Positions 13,037 to 26,929 of a stretch of DNA of 64,000 nucleotides are shown here, in pieces. The stretch spans positions 73,098,001 to 73,162,000 of the forward strand of contig OZ024744.1 of NCBI GenBank assembly GCA_964016885.1, given 5' to 3'. Under the pieces are notes generated by a model, which was not told the DNA's origin, did no database searches, and saw only the letters and a program-made list of their open reading frames with translations. The first letter of the stretch is position 1. Every line of letters starts with the position of its first letter. Made by a program: the position numbers and the translations under genes. This stretch comes from Eledone cirrhosa. Its lineage: Eukaryota.

Positions 13037-13129
13037 TAAAATGATTGGAAATTTATACCATGCCTTCGGATCTTTATTTTGATATATTTATATATATATT
13101 TATATATGTATATATATATATTTATATAG

Positions 13130-13165
<36 letters not shown>

Positions 13166-13252
13166 CGAAGGAAATGGGGTAAGGAACCAGATGGACCATA
13201 ACGCACCAAAGTACTCAATACTTAGGGTAGTAGACTGGGTCCTACTCGTTCC

Positions 13253-13287
<35 letters not shown>

Positions 13288-13427
13288 CCAGGGAGAGTGT
13301 AACTTGGAGTTACAATAGGTTCACCTGGGTGAGCACTCTATGTTTAGGTTCACTTCAATGTCGAGGTGTATTATAGTTAAATAAGATAACAAGGACAATT
13401 GGTTACTCTTTCATTACGTTTATTGGT

Positions 13428-13500
13428 TGGTGACGTGCGTTTCGCCACTGACTAGCTCAAGGTTTGATCTGTATCGATCTGACCTAGCTCGTCAGACTCC
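13428..13500 (-). ncRNA. type-I hammerhead ribozyme motif
   Basis: Minus strand: GT-CTGACGA-GCTA...TGGC-GAAAC-GCAC-GTC-AC, with AATAAA a few nt downstream; stem I is weak. Confidence 0.55.
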
Positions 13501-14058
13501 TTGTAATGTTATTTACAATTAACATTACAAGGGGTGTTACAAGCTGGATACCCTTCCTAACACCAAGCACGTTTACAGTGTGGACTGGGAGTTTTTTTAC
13601 CATGTTACCTACACGGCCACATTACAGCATGGACTGTGTGTTTTTTTATCGTGACACCTACACAACCTCATTTATTTAGGACTGGATGTTTTGGCACCAA
13701 CATAACTTTAGGTGTAGATGGGGGTGGGGGTAAGGGTAGTGGGAGGGGTATATTTTTGGTTATATATATTTATATGTATAAATAAATAAATAATTACTGA
13801 CCTTTCTGTTTATAGTTGTTTATAGTATATACATAACTATAAATAGTATTATTATTGTATCGTTGATTGGCAGTATCGGTAGAGAGTCGGACACCATGCT
13901 CTGAAGCAAAGAGTTACGTCCCTTTATGATCTGATTTCAAATCCCGCCGAGGTTAACTTTGCCTTTCATCCTTACGGGGTCGATTAAATAAAGTACCAGT
14001 AATGTACTGGGTAATTGCTGGCCTTGTGCCTAAAATAGAAACAATTACTATATTTATA

Positions 14059-14091
<33 letters not shown>

Positions 14092-14179
14092 AAATATATA
14101 TTTATATATTTATATATATATTTATATATATATATTTATATATATATTTATATATGTATATATATTTATATACATATAT

Positions 14180-14718
14180 CATCATCATCATCATTTTACG
14201 TCCGTTCTTCCATGCTAGCATGGGTTAGACAGGTTGTCCTGTTGTGGGCAGTGTCTGGTTTGGCTGACCATGCCTTGCTCATACAGGAACTGATTTTGAC
14301 TTCATTTCTACAGCTGGATGCCCTTCCTAACACCAACCTCATTTACAGTGAGTGCTGGGTGTTTTTTCCGTGGCGCCTACACGTCCACTTTACAGTGTGG
14401 GCTGGGTGCTTTTTTGCCGTGGCCCCTCCACGACCACTTTACAGTGGGAGGGTGTGGGGGCATATTGTCTATATGCTTCAGCTTGTACCCATGGGAGGTC
14501 GGCTACTCTGTATTACTGCGTGATGCCAGAGGTCACGGTTGTGTGTCATCGCCTTTGAGAGGTGTAATTGGGTAAGGTCGGCTTTTATCACCTCATGCCA
14601 GGTCTTCTTCGGTCTCCCCACTCTGCGGTTTCCATTGATTGCTAGTGCTCTGCACCTTTTTATGCAGCTGTCATCCTTCATACGCATCACATGTCCATAC
14701 CAACGCAACCGCCTCTCC
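14180..14718 (-). mobile_element. RTE LINE 3' end (C-terminal ORF + 3' UTR)
   Basis: RWYGHVMRM...GRPKKTWHEVIKADL...RDLWHHAV followed by a UTR containing GTTGGTGTTAGGAAGGGCATCCAGCTGTAG and a (GAT)n tail. Isolated UTR copies at 30287-30685(+), 40540-40970(+), 41390-41635(+), 42710-43045(+) and 49010-49530(-). Confidence 0.9.
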
Positions 14719-15289
14719 TATATGTATATATATATTTATGTGAAGTTGCATGGCTTAGTGGTTAGAGCATTGGGATTTCAGTCAAAAGGTTGTGAGTTCA
14801 ATTCTTGGACCGTGCGATGTGTTGTATCCTTGAGCAAGACACCTTATTTTACGTTGCTCCAGTTTACTCAGCTGTAGAAATGAGTACCGTCCTGCTCACC
14901 CAGCCAGTGGGATGGCGTTAACTTATGGCTAAAACAGCACAACGTGCTATGACCAGTGGCACCAAATGGACGCCCGACAGACTGGTCGGTCAAGGTGATA
15001 TATATATTTATATATAAATATTTATATATATATGTATATATATATATATTTATATTTATATATATATTTATATTTATATATGTATGTATATATATTTATA
15101 TGTATGTATGTATATATATTTATATGTATGTATGTATATATATTTATATGTATGTATGTATATATATTTATATGTATGTATGTATATATATTTATATGTA
15201 TGTATGTATATATATTTGTATGTATATATATATATTTATTTGTATATATATATATTTATTTGTATATATATATATATATATATATATTG

Positions 15290-15379
<90 letters not shown>

Positions 15380-15414
15380 GTATATATATATATTTATATG
15401 TATGTATATATATT

Positions 15415-15445
<31 letters not shown>

Positions 15446-17264
15446 GTATGTATATATATATATATATATTTATATGTATGTATATATATATATTTATATG
15501 TATATATACATATGTATATATTTATATGTATATATACATATGTATATATTTATATGTGTATAAATATGTGTGTGTACAAATTTGCTAACAGATGTTTTGC
15601 TTGAAATAAGCATTACATCTGTAAATGTAGAGGCAACCAACCAACCTACCTACTTACATACCACAGCTACATGCCTTAAATACTTACACATATTTCTTTT
15701 TTTTTTTGTTCTTTTTTTTATTTTCACAACTATACTTATACTTACATCCAAATCATAGAATGTCTTAAATATTTTCCACACTACTTTGACATTCTTACCC
15801 TATATATAGTTATTTGCAAATCAAGTCTGAATAACTCTCTCCGTAGCTCACACCTCCATTTTCACCTTAGTCATTTTACTTTTCACACCATGTCACTTCT
15901 TTCTGTAACATTTTCTGTCTCTCCCTAACACCACCACCACAACCCTGATCTCCTCTCTTTTACTTAGTGGCTTTCTTCTTTGTGGGGAATATTTTTTTTT
16001 TGTTCTCTTCTCAAGTAATTTAAAAATTGTAAAAATTAACAATTTTTTTAAATATCGATTATATACATATATGTATCTATAATGAGAAAAAACAAATTGC
16101 ATGTGGTGAAGAAATTTTGTCTTTTGCAATCATGCTGTTCCAGATTTGATCTAACTCAATACTATGAATGAAATTTTTTTTTTTTTTTTTTGTGGTTTTG
16201 TTTTTGCCTATGACTGGTAATATTTCCAATCAATATTGATAAAAAGACAATAATAGTATGTTACCAATAAAAACACCATAAAATTTTAAAATTGAAAGCA
16301 CCTACTATTTAAGGTTTTTAAGAAGTGTGCCTTCTTTCGATATAATTTATAGCATATAAGGATTTTTTTGTTATTGTTTCTGCTGGCTATAGAGTTATAT
16401 AACATATGTTGGAATTCTTGATAACACTTAGAGAAATGTTTTTCTTTATAGCTGTTTGAATTTTTAAATAATATACATTCTTATATGCTGAAATTTAGAA
16501 GCATGGGTAGGATGGGCTGTCCCTTTGGGAGAGATTTGGTCAGAGGACCATGTTTTGCTCACACAGGGCTGATTTTGACTTGGTTTTTACAGCTGGATGC
16601 CCTTCCTAGTGCCAACCACATTGTATATTACTAAATCCTTTAGTTGTTTTTAAAGTGACTTGAAAAATCATAAGCAGTGTTTATATTTTCTTACTATATC
16701 AAGCGTTATACTTCATTATCCTATACTATTTGCTTTGTTGTTTTCCATTTACTTTTCACATACATTCATAGTAAAAATATAGTTACAAAAGGATTTATAT
16801 AATTACCTGATGATCTAAAGATATGATGAGACTGACAGTTGTAATTGAAATTTAGGATTGATCCAGAATTTGATTAAGGTTATTAGCCTCTACGTTTTTA
16901 TTATTATCATTATTATTATTATCATTATTTATCATTATTATTGATAAAGAAATCATTATTTGAAATTATCCATGTGGTTCTGAAATCACACAGCCATGTC
17001 TGCCCGTATATGTGTGTGTGTGTATTCTTTTATTCTTTCACTATTTTTCAGTTGTTGAACTGTAACCACTGTAGGGCACCACCTTGATTGGTTTAATTAT
17101 AATAATTGTTTCTACTTTTGGCACAAGGCCAGCAATTATCCCAGTACATTGCTGGTTCTTTATTATATCGACTCTGTAAGGATGAAAGGCAAGGTTAACC
17201 TCAACGGGATTTAAACTCAGACCATAAAGGGCTGTAACTCTATGCTGCAAAGCGTGGCATCCAA

Positions 17265-17700
17265 TAATGAAAATTATTGTGTACAGTGCTCAGGTGCACT
17301 GCAACTCATCAACGGTTCATGTATAGTACATAGAATAATGTACAAATGTCAGGAAGAAAACTGTATGAGTCATCATATACACACTGATACACGCATGCAT
17401 GTGTATGGAGGAATATCAGGTGTAGTGTTGGCGAATTTCGGGAAGCATGGAAGTTTTGAAGGATGCAGCTGATGCAAGTTGTTCCACACTTTGGCAACTC
17501 TCAGCATGAAAAAATGTTTATGAAAGTCATGGGAGCTGTACTGTTTTCTGAGCATGTAAGCATGTCCATGGGTGTTAGACACATGGAATTAAAAAAAGTG
17601 CTTAGGGTTTGTGTTGGCAAGATGGTTAATAATTTTGTGGGTGTCTACCAAGTCAGCTGCTAGATGTCGGAGCTTCAATGTATCCATGCCCAGGGAAGCA
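17265..17700 (-). mobile_element. CR1-clade LINE 3' end
   Basis: HGHAYMLRKQ...KHFFMLRVAKVWNNL is a typical CR1 ORF2 C-terminus; a second, shorter copy lies at about 7980-8190. Confidence 0.75.
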
Positions 17701-19480
17701 GTGCTTACATCTTTTTCTTTAATATGATACATATTTTATTGATCTTTATGTGCCAAGCTGTTAAGTTATTTGACATAAACAAAAGGCATCGTTTTTGTTG
17801 AGCAGTATCAAGACAAGAAAATTATCATCTTTGTCATTTTTACGTTTGCTTTTCCGTTCTGTCATGGATTTTCTGGGACATTTCTGGCAGTAGTTTAAAG
17901 CTAGCTGTACATCACTCCAGACACCAACTTGTTTGGTTTCATTCTATGACAAGCAAGGATAGGATACATCTATCCTAAAAAACTATAATAAACTAGCATA
18001 CATTTATTTATATATTATCCACAAACCACACTATATCAATTCCCATTAAATGTTCCCATGGCTCTTCCAATAGGTCTCTCTCACCATCCTCTGGGGAAAC
18101 ACCTTCTTTATTCTGTCAGCTGGCACTGCAGGGCAGCTGGCGTGTGGGCCCCCATTTCCTCACAATAGCTAGAGATGGGAGGAGCGGGAGAGATGAAGTC
18201 AGGGAGAGTGGAAGTTTGGTTCCTTTGTGTTTGGACCTGGTGTATATATGTGTGTATATAAGAGAGATCATAATCATCATCGTCATTTAACATCCGAGTC
18301 TAAAAGCTGTTTCTTGTAATCTATTGGTTACAATGTTCCCATTATAAGCAAATGAGAAAAGGCATTGCTATCAGATGTTCCATAGGCAGTTGTAAGCTGC
18401 CATCTTTCTCTTCAAATAACAGATGAAATAAACAGTTCTGATGAAACATTAATAACCAAGTGAAAATGGTTGAGTTGTTCTTAAATCCATTTTGCCGAGA
18501 GATACTTCTGGATTAGTCATGAGCTCTGTTTCTACAATGAGAATAATTCTCCTCCTCTTCCTTACTATCATTATCATCATCATCATGTCACTCCTCCTCC
18601 TCATCATCATAATTATCATCAATTTTCATATGTTTGTCATGTTGAAATGAGTTTAATAAACATGCACATATAAATTTGTTTTGGGGGTTTTATGTAATAA
18701 AGAGCCACTCTAAGATGGCCTACCACATTGTCTTGGGGTTGTGAAGTTGTTGAGAAATACTAGTGTTACATAGAAATTGCACAGCTTTCGTATTACATGG
18801 TTTAACCCTTTAGCATTTAAACCGGCCATATCTGGCCAGAATTCTCTTACCTTATTTTTGTTCAAACTGGCCATAGCTGGTATTGTTCTCAAAATAGATA
18901 ACATTAAAATCTCGTAGATTCGATATTATAGGATATAATTATGTAAAGATAAAGCCTTTACCACAAAAATACTATAGCAAGTGTAGAGTAATGTAAATGG
19001 TGAAAGGTTAAACATTTCAGTCTCATCCTTCTTATTTATGTCATGGTGTATATATCAAGTGAAGAAATTCTTTTGCAAGGAACTATTGCTATATGTTCCT
19101 TGTAATAATATCTCTGATGTCCTTGGTCCCCTCACTACCAATTTCCTCCAGAAAATCATAAAGACAACCCCACCACTTCTGCTATATGTTTTGTTAAATC
19201 TCAACTATAATAAAGTAAGGAGTGCGGTACTGTGTCCAGAATATATTTTTTTATCCCGTTTGTAAAATAAGGTGGATTACTTTGAATAAATAATGAATGA
19301 ATATTACATAATTTATCTACTAAATTTCGTTATTCTTGATTTAATATAAATAATATTGTTGCTTATTTTAAGATTCACTTCTTTAAAATGTTCAAATGTC
19401 AACACTTTCAGTTAGCGATCGCTTAAATAAACATTCATATATTTCAGTCACTAATTTTCTCCTAATGCAGTTTATATATA

Positions 19481-21154
19481 ACTAGCAGAATGGCCCAGTG
19501 TGACTCGGGATTTGCTCTAGGGTTCTTATATATTTGATATATATTTATCCTTATTGAGCCTCGTGAAATAAATACGTTTATTTATATTTTGTTATTGTGT
19601 ATGCAAAAATATCTGTACACGAATATATAATTATATATATATATATATATATATCTAAAACAGAGAATGTCTGTCTGTCTGTCAGCTCACTAAAACTTGA
19701 GAACCACCCAACCGATTGTTTTCAAATTTTACACATGTAATACTTATGGTCCTGTGAGTGTTTTGAGCAAAAAATATTTCAAATTTTCAATGCCCTAGGG
19801 ACTGCATTAGGCGATTTAGCGATCTCTCTCTATAATTCTTAGTCTTTCATTTTAGATAGATACATAGATATAATGCCGCACCCTTATATCTGTCAGTATG
19901 CAAACGTACACAAACTCACACACGCACACGTACACACACACGCAATAGTTATTCCACTGTCATGTATCTTTGATGCATACAACTCTCAAAAGACGGTGTC
20001 TGTGACTCTCTCTCTCTCTCTCTCCCGCTATCCCCCTCTTTTAGTCTGTCTGTTTCTTTCACTCTCACTCTTTCTCTCTGTAACTCGTTCACATTTCTCC
20101 CCTCTATCGAAAAACGCTGTGACAAATGGGGAATAGGAGGAGTAGAGAGCCACTTCTTCACTTCGCCTCTCCGTTTCTTTCTCTCCCCTCTCACTCCCTC
20201 ATTATGTACAGACATTGGCCACTTCACTAATTCGATCCCTAGGTCAGAATAATTTGAAATTTTTTTTTTGCTCAAAACACTTCCGGGGCCATACAGGTTA
20301 CATGTGTAAAGTTTGAAAAAGAACGGTTTGGTACTTTTCGAGTTTTAGAGAAACAGACACACAGGCAGACATCCTCTGTTTTATATATATATAGACTAGC
20401 AGAAAACCACGGGGGGGGGGGGCGGTTTTCTGCTAGTCTATATATCTAAAACAGAGAATGTCTGTCTGTCTGTCAGCTCACTAGAACTTGAGAACCATCC
20501 AACCGATTGTTTTCAAACTTTAGACATGTAATACTTATGGTCCTGTGAGTGTTTTGAGCAAAAATTATTTCAAATTTTCAATGCCCTAGGGACCGCATTA
20601 GGCGATTTAGCGTTCTCTCTATATAATTCTTAGTCTTTCTTTTTAGATAGATACATAGATATAACGTTGCGCCCTTATAATATCTGTCTGTATGTCTGGC
20701 TGTCTGCATTACGTCATTATGACGCGCTCAGCGCGATTCACTCGGCCTCAGTGACCAAAGTCAGTGGAGAGGGGAAGGTAATGTTTCTGTAGCACGTGTT
20801 TTAGCGTCTATTCACTCTCTCTCTCTCTCCCTCTTGCTATCCCGCTCTCGTAGTCTGTCTCTTTCTTTCACTCTCACTCTCTCTCTATGCACGTGTTTCC
20901 ACTGTCGGACAGACAGACAGAGAAATTGCTGGTTATATATATAAGTAGATATCTTCTTTTTTTAATGTATCATGGATTACGTTACTGATTACATAAGACA
21001 GTGTAACACAGTCTTCGTTCAATTTCTATCTATATTGTCAATTACAATTTTATTTCATGTATCATATCTACATGCATATATACTTGCATATAATATCAAT
21101 ATGCACACCACACATGCTAGCAGAAAACCACCCGAAGGGTGGTTTTTCTGCTAG
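19481..21154. mobile_element. cluster of non-autonomous Helitron/Helentron-like elements
   Basis: ACTAGC starts, (CTGT)n tracts, and hairpin + CTAG ends (20396-20436, 21117-21154); a ~150-bp segment is present in direct (19655, 20444) and inverted (20237-20390) orientation. Confidence 0.6.
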
Positions 21155-21521
21155 TATTATTAAAGATTTTCCATATTTCATTATTAGTCCTTTAAATTCA
21201 ATTTTGAATTATACCATTCATAAATCCATTAGTTTCTTAATATCTCCAGACTTTCTTAACTTCATCATCAGATTAAAATAATTGTTTCGACTTTTGGCAC
21301 AAGGCAGCAATTACCCAGTGCATTACTGATGCTTTATTTCATCGACCCCGTAAGGATGAAAGGCAAAGTTAACCACAGCAGGATTCAAATTCAGATCATA
21401 AAGGGCCGTAACTCTATATGCTGCAAAGCATGGCGTCCGATCCTCTACCGATACTACCAATCCACCGCCTTCATCAGATTAAAATAATGGTAGTAATTGT
21501 ACATTATTTCTATGCTTTGTC

Positions 21522-21694
21522 CAGTGAAATTCCATTATAACGAAATTCACGGGGTATAAAAAAGAATTTGTTGTAATGAAATATTCTTTATAACGAGATT
21601 GACCTAATATATCAAGCGTGTGACCAGAGACTGAAAAAAATGTTGCTATACTGAAAAATTTGTTGTAATGGTCATTATAATGGAATTTTACCTG
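21522..21694. mobile_element. Tigger/pogo-like MITE
   Basis: TIRs CAGTGAAATTCCATTATAACGA / TCATTATAATGGAATTTTACCTG followed by TA. Confidence 0.6.
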
Positions 21695-23515
21695 TATTTG
21701 ATTGTAAAAGATTATAGGAATACTGCTAATATCTTCAATACTGAATTTAAACATTGATTAAACTCTAATAGATTTCTTATCTTCTTAGCCATTGATAATA
21801 CATAGACTTCACTCTCACTTTGCTCATAAAGAAACGCAGCAGTCTTTACTGTGATAAAATACTGTTGCCCACACATGATAACAAATTCCTTCATCTTTCA
21901 CTGCTCACACTAAGCCATGATCAAATTACACTCCCGAATCACAGCAGAAATTTCCATCTCAAACGCAAATAAGACCAAAATAAGTTGAACTTGAATTGCT
22001 TTATCAGTCCCTCCAGATTCTCAGTGATAAAAGTATCATAAAAACTGATGACAAACTGTGAGACTTATTCAAGTATGAAGGCCACAAACAGTGATATAAA
22101 CACAGCAGCAAATATGTACTTAACAAGAACCTAAAGTTAGATCTGTATGAACTAAAACATAATGAACATATTGTAATTTGTAAATGTGTTAAGAGCAACC
22201 TGTTTGCTGTTATGGATAGAGAGAAACATATTACATAAATGAATAATATATTCCCAGACGACAGTAAATTCAAGAAAAGTAAGGAAGATAACACTACTCA
22301 ACTCAAAATCAAACTTAAATAATTACTGCATGCCAATGTTTAAATAAAAACAGTCTTTTAGTAATATATAGAAAAGTAATTTAGCCTTGCATACATCTAT
22401 AGCTCTGTTGAGATAAACGAAATTATCCTCTCTGAGTCACAATCTCAATACTACAATTCTATATAGAATTCCACGAAAAAAAAAAAAAAATGATAGGTGT
22501 ACTTATGGAGATGTTTAAGGATTTTTAGTCAATCTTATAGACTTGGTATATAAAACATTCTATGTTATGAGACATAAAAGAACCAACATAAACTCAGATA
22601 CACACATATATATATTTATGTATATACATATATAGAACTGACTTCTGTACCAAATTCCACTCCTTTGCCACAGCCGAACCCAAGACTTTATTAGGACAAT
22701 CATGCACTAGGTACTTGTATTGGGAACAAAACCAGAACTATATGGATACAAAGAAAACGACCTAACGATATAGTCATACTTGCAAGTATAGTATCACTAA
22801 AGGACAAATTTATATATATATTTATTATATTAAATATATTATTTATTATACTAAAACTCCAGTTGATACCTTACAGAGAAAATCCTAAGGAATACAAATC
22901 GTTAAGTGCTATATGTCTGTTTATGAAAAAAGTCAATGAAAGCGCGTGGTTGAGTGATTAGAGAATTGGATTTGCAATCGTGAGGTTGTGATTTTGATTC
23001 CCAGACCGGGCAATGTGTTATGTTCTTGAGCACGTTGCCTCTTTTGCCTGGATTTGCAACCAACAGACAGTATTAGCAATTGGAAAGACCAATGGAAACA
23101 TTGTTTCCTTGGTCCAATTTGACGAGCTCCACTATTTAAGCTAATGAGATATGGTATCTTGTCGATATATATATATGGTGGCATAAAAAAAACACTGTTA
23201 TATGATGATATACATATATATGTGTGTATATATATTTATGTTTCTGTATGTATATATGTCTAAATATATATATATAGTAGATGAGAGTCGTTTTTTTATT
23301 CATAAATTTTATTACATAATTCCATGGAATTATGTAATAAAATGAAGATGTATGAATAAAACAGTCTCTCTTATTTATTATATTAAAACTCCAGTTGATA
23401 CTTTACAGAGAAAATCCTAAGGAATACAAATGTTGAGTGCTTTACGTCTGTTTACGAAAAGGTCGGTAGATTAAATGATCAACCAACTTTCATCAACTGA
23501 ATATATGTATGTATA

Positions 23516-23584
<69 letters not shown>

Positions 23585-24769
23585 GTGTGTGTGTGTGTAT
23601 ATATATATATGTGTGTGTGTATATAATCTATGTATGTGTGTATATATGTATACCAAAAACCTTTTTCTATCTTTTTATTTCTTGAAGTCCATCGTTCTCA
23701 GGTGTCCTACGCAGATCAAAATCACTATCAGTCTACTATATAATCATGAACAGGGCTTAAATTTAGCAAATATTTTTGTCTCTGATAAGAACAGGTTTTT
23801 ACCTTGGTGGACTACATAATTCTATTGTCAAAGCCACCTGCTTGATTACAGTTCTAAGGTTCTGTAAGTTTTACTTCATTCTTCAATGTGCTATAATAAG
23901 TTAATAATTACCATTTAACCAAAATGAAGATGTCCCATTTATTTTTGTTTTAGTTTTTTTTTTTTGTTGGTATTGTTGTCTTTTTGTATTGTTTTGTTTT
24001 GTTTTTTGCTAAGAATAACTAAATTCCTTCGAAGAATTCAAAGCCTTCTATTTTCTGAATCGTTTGGAAAGTTGACATTTTTTTCTCTCTAGCATTACAT
24101 ATACATTCTTGTTAAGTCACTACTGTAGATTTGTATGTGTGTGAGTCTATGAATGTATAACATAAATAAATACACAAACACGTATACCATACATAATATT
24201 TACACAAGGGCAATAGAAATTACTGAGAAAGTAGAATACCAATCAATGTTACTGTTTTTCTCCTATCAAATGTCAAACTTCTCTGTTATGAGTTCAAATC
24301 TTACTGGAACCACTTTGACATTTATCTTATTAGGATTCAATCAACATATTTATTTATTTATTTCAATTAAAACCTCCATCTATATTATGTTGGCACCACA
24401 AAATATCCGGCCCACACTGTAAAGTGGTTGTGTAGGTATCATGACAAAAACACCCAGCCCACACTGTAAAGTGGCCATGTAAAAAACACAGCAAAAAGCA
24501 GCCAGCATACACTATAAATATGGTTGACACTACGAAGAGTATCCAGCCATAGCAAACCAGCCAGAAACAGCCCTATATGAGTGAGACACGGGCACCCAAC
24601 CCAACTTGCCTCTAAATGAGACGACCCGTCTAACTCATGCTAGTGTGGAAGATAGACGTTAAACAATAATGATGATGATGATGATATAGATGTCAAACTT
24701 CACTGTTATGAGTTCAAATCTTACTGGAACCACTTTTACATTTAATTCATTTGGATTCAATAAAAAAAT

Positions 24770-24833
<64 letters not shown>

Positions 24834-26929
24834 TCAATTTAAACATCCATATAGAGCTAGTAAGCCATGACAGACTAAAAAGAAGTATGTAGTACTACTT
24901 ATAGTTGGGAAGCGAAAACCAAAATAGACAGAGATAAGGAAGCACATTGCTTAGAGGTTAAAGGATTGGGCTGGCAATCGAAAGGTTGTGAGTTCAATGC
25001 TCAGACCGGGTGATGCGTTGTTTCCTTGAGCAAGGCACTTTATTTCACATTGCTCCAGTTTACTCAGCTGTAGAAATGGGATGATAGGACTGGGGTCCCT
25101 ATCATTCCACTGCAAAGTGGTTGTGGAGGTGCCACGGCAAAGAAGCACACAGCACTCACTGTAAATGAGGTTGGTGTTAGGAAGGGCATCAAGCTGTAGA
25201 AATCAAGCCAGAATCAGTTCCCGTCCCACCCTTGCAAGCAGGGAAAAGCGGATGTAAAATGATGATAAGTGAATATACAAGTAAAAAAAATATTTGATAG
25301 GGATCACCAACAAAAAGCAGATTAAGCATTTAACAAAAAGATAAAGAAAAATCAGAAGGAATGGAAGCTGTAAAGCAGCTATAAGTTTCTGTTTTTGAAT
25401 CTTTTCAGATATTCTATGTACTCAAAGATTTTATTTATATTGGTAGATCTTTCACAATATATTGTTATCTCCAATTTTGGTACTTTTTTAGTGATTGGCG
25501 TAGTTTTTAATGATTGGCTTCAAGATATCCTCTCTCTGAGATTGGTAGTTTCTTCATTGGAACAAATAAATACCAGTAGTTTTGGTTGATAAGGGTTATC
25601 AGCATTTTTTCAACAGTTTTGGGCAAATTTCTACTACATTATTTGGTGTACCTCCTTGTTTCAGAGCTGTTCGCTGCATTTTCTTTTGAAGGGTTACTTT
25701 ACCCAAATAAATATTCTGTTTTCATCATTATTATTAGCTTTAACAGGGTGATGGATTGGCAGTATCGGTAGAGCGTCGGACACCATACTTTGCAGCATAA
25801 AGTTACGGCCCTTTATGGTCTGAGTTCAAATCCCGTCGAGGTTAACTTTGCCTTTCATCCTTACGGGGTCGATAAAATAAAGCGCCAGTAACGTATTGGG
25901 ATTGATTTAATGGACTTTCCCCTCCCCCCAAAATTACTGGCCTTGTGCCTATACTAGAAATCCTTAGCTTAGCTATCTTGTTTCATCTTAATGTCCATTG
26001 ATTTCTATATTTTCTTCTCTTCCACTACACCCACAAATCAATCCTCCTTTAAACTTTAAGTATACATGAGTATGTGTCCATATACACATACACAAGGTTC
26101 GAACACAAAAGAACCAAACTCTCACTGTCTCAGTCTCTCCCGCTCTCCCCATCTCTCACTATTATGAGCAACTGGGGTCCCACATGCTGGCAGCTCCGGG
26201 GTCCCGGCGGACAGAATGGAGAAGGCGTTTCCCCGGAGGAGTGGAGGCATGTGGCCTAGTGATAAGGGTGTTGGACTTACGATCATAATGTCGTGGGTTT
26301 GATTCCTGGGTTACATGTTGTGTTCTTGAGCAAAACACTTCATTTCATGTTGTTCCAGTATACTCAGCTGAAAATGAGTACCAGCAATAACTGGGAGTTT
26401 AACCCTGTGATGGACTGGCGTCCTGTCCAGGGGGGGAGTTTTGTACTCTCAGTCGCTTCCTGCCATGAAACCGGGGTAAGCACCGGCCAAATGAGCCTTC
26501 TGGCTTAAGACAGACTTTAGATTTTTCCGGAGGATGGTAATGGAGACGCGCTAGAAGCGTCATTCCGGCTCTTCTGCTTATATGTTTACATTTGTTTGCT
26601 CTGTTGTAGGTTTAGTCATTTGTTTTGTTATTTCTGGTATTGTTTTAGTGTTTTACCTGCCTGTTGTGTAGAATATGTGCAATGTTGGTTGTGTTACTTT
26701 GATGGGTGATGATTGTATGTGAGATGTGTTATGTCTGTCAGATGGTGATTATATACAACAATATTTCCTATATTTATTTTGTCACCGAACCTTTATGCAA
26801 TTTTCCGAAAATTGTGGAACTCTTAAATGGTTCTTGCAAAAATCATGAAACCCATACCAACATTTTCTCTGCCTGCTGTGTTATTTTTTTCGGGTAATGT
26901 TTATATAGAGTATGTGTATTGTGTTATTT

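Noticed and set aside
14956-15604. Long Y/I/M/C/V-rich ORFs here and throughout 39960-45529
   Set aside because: Translations of TA/TG microsatellites that happen to lack stops; no protein-like content.
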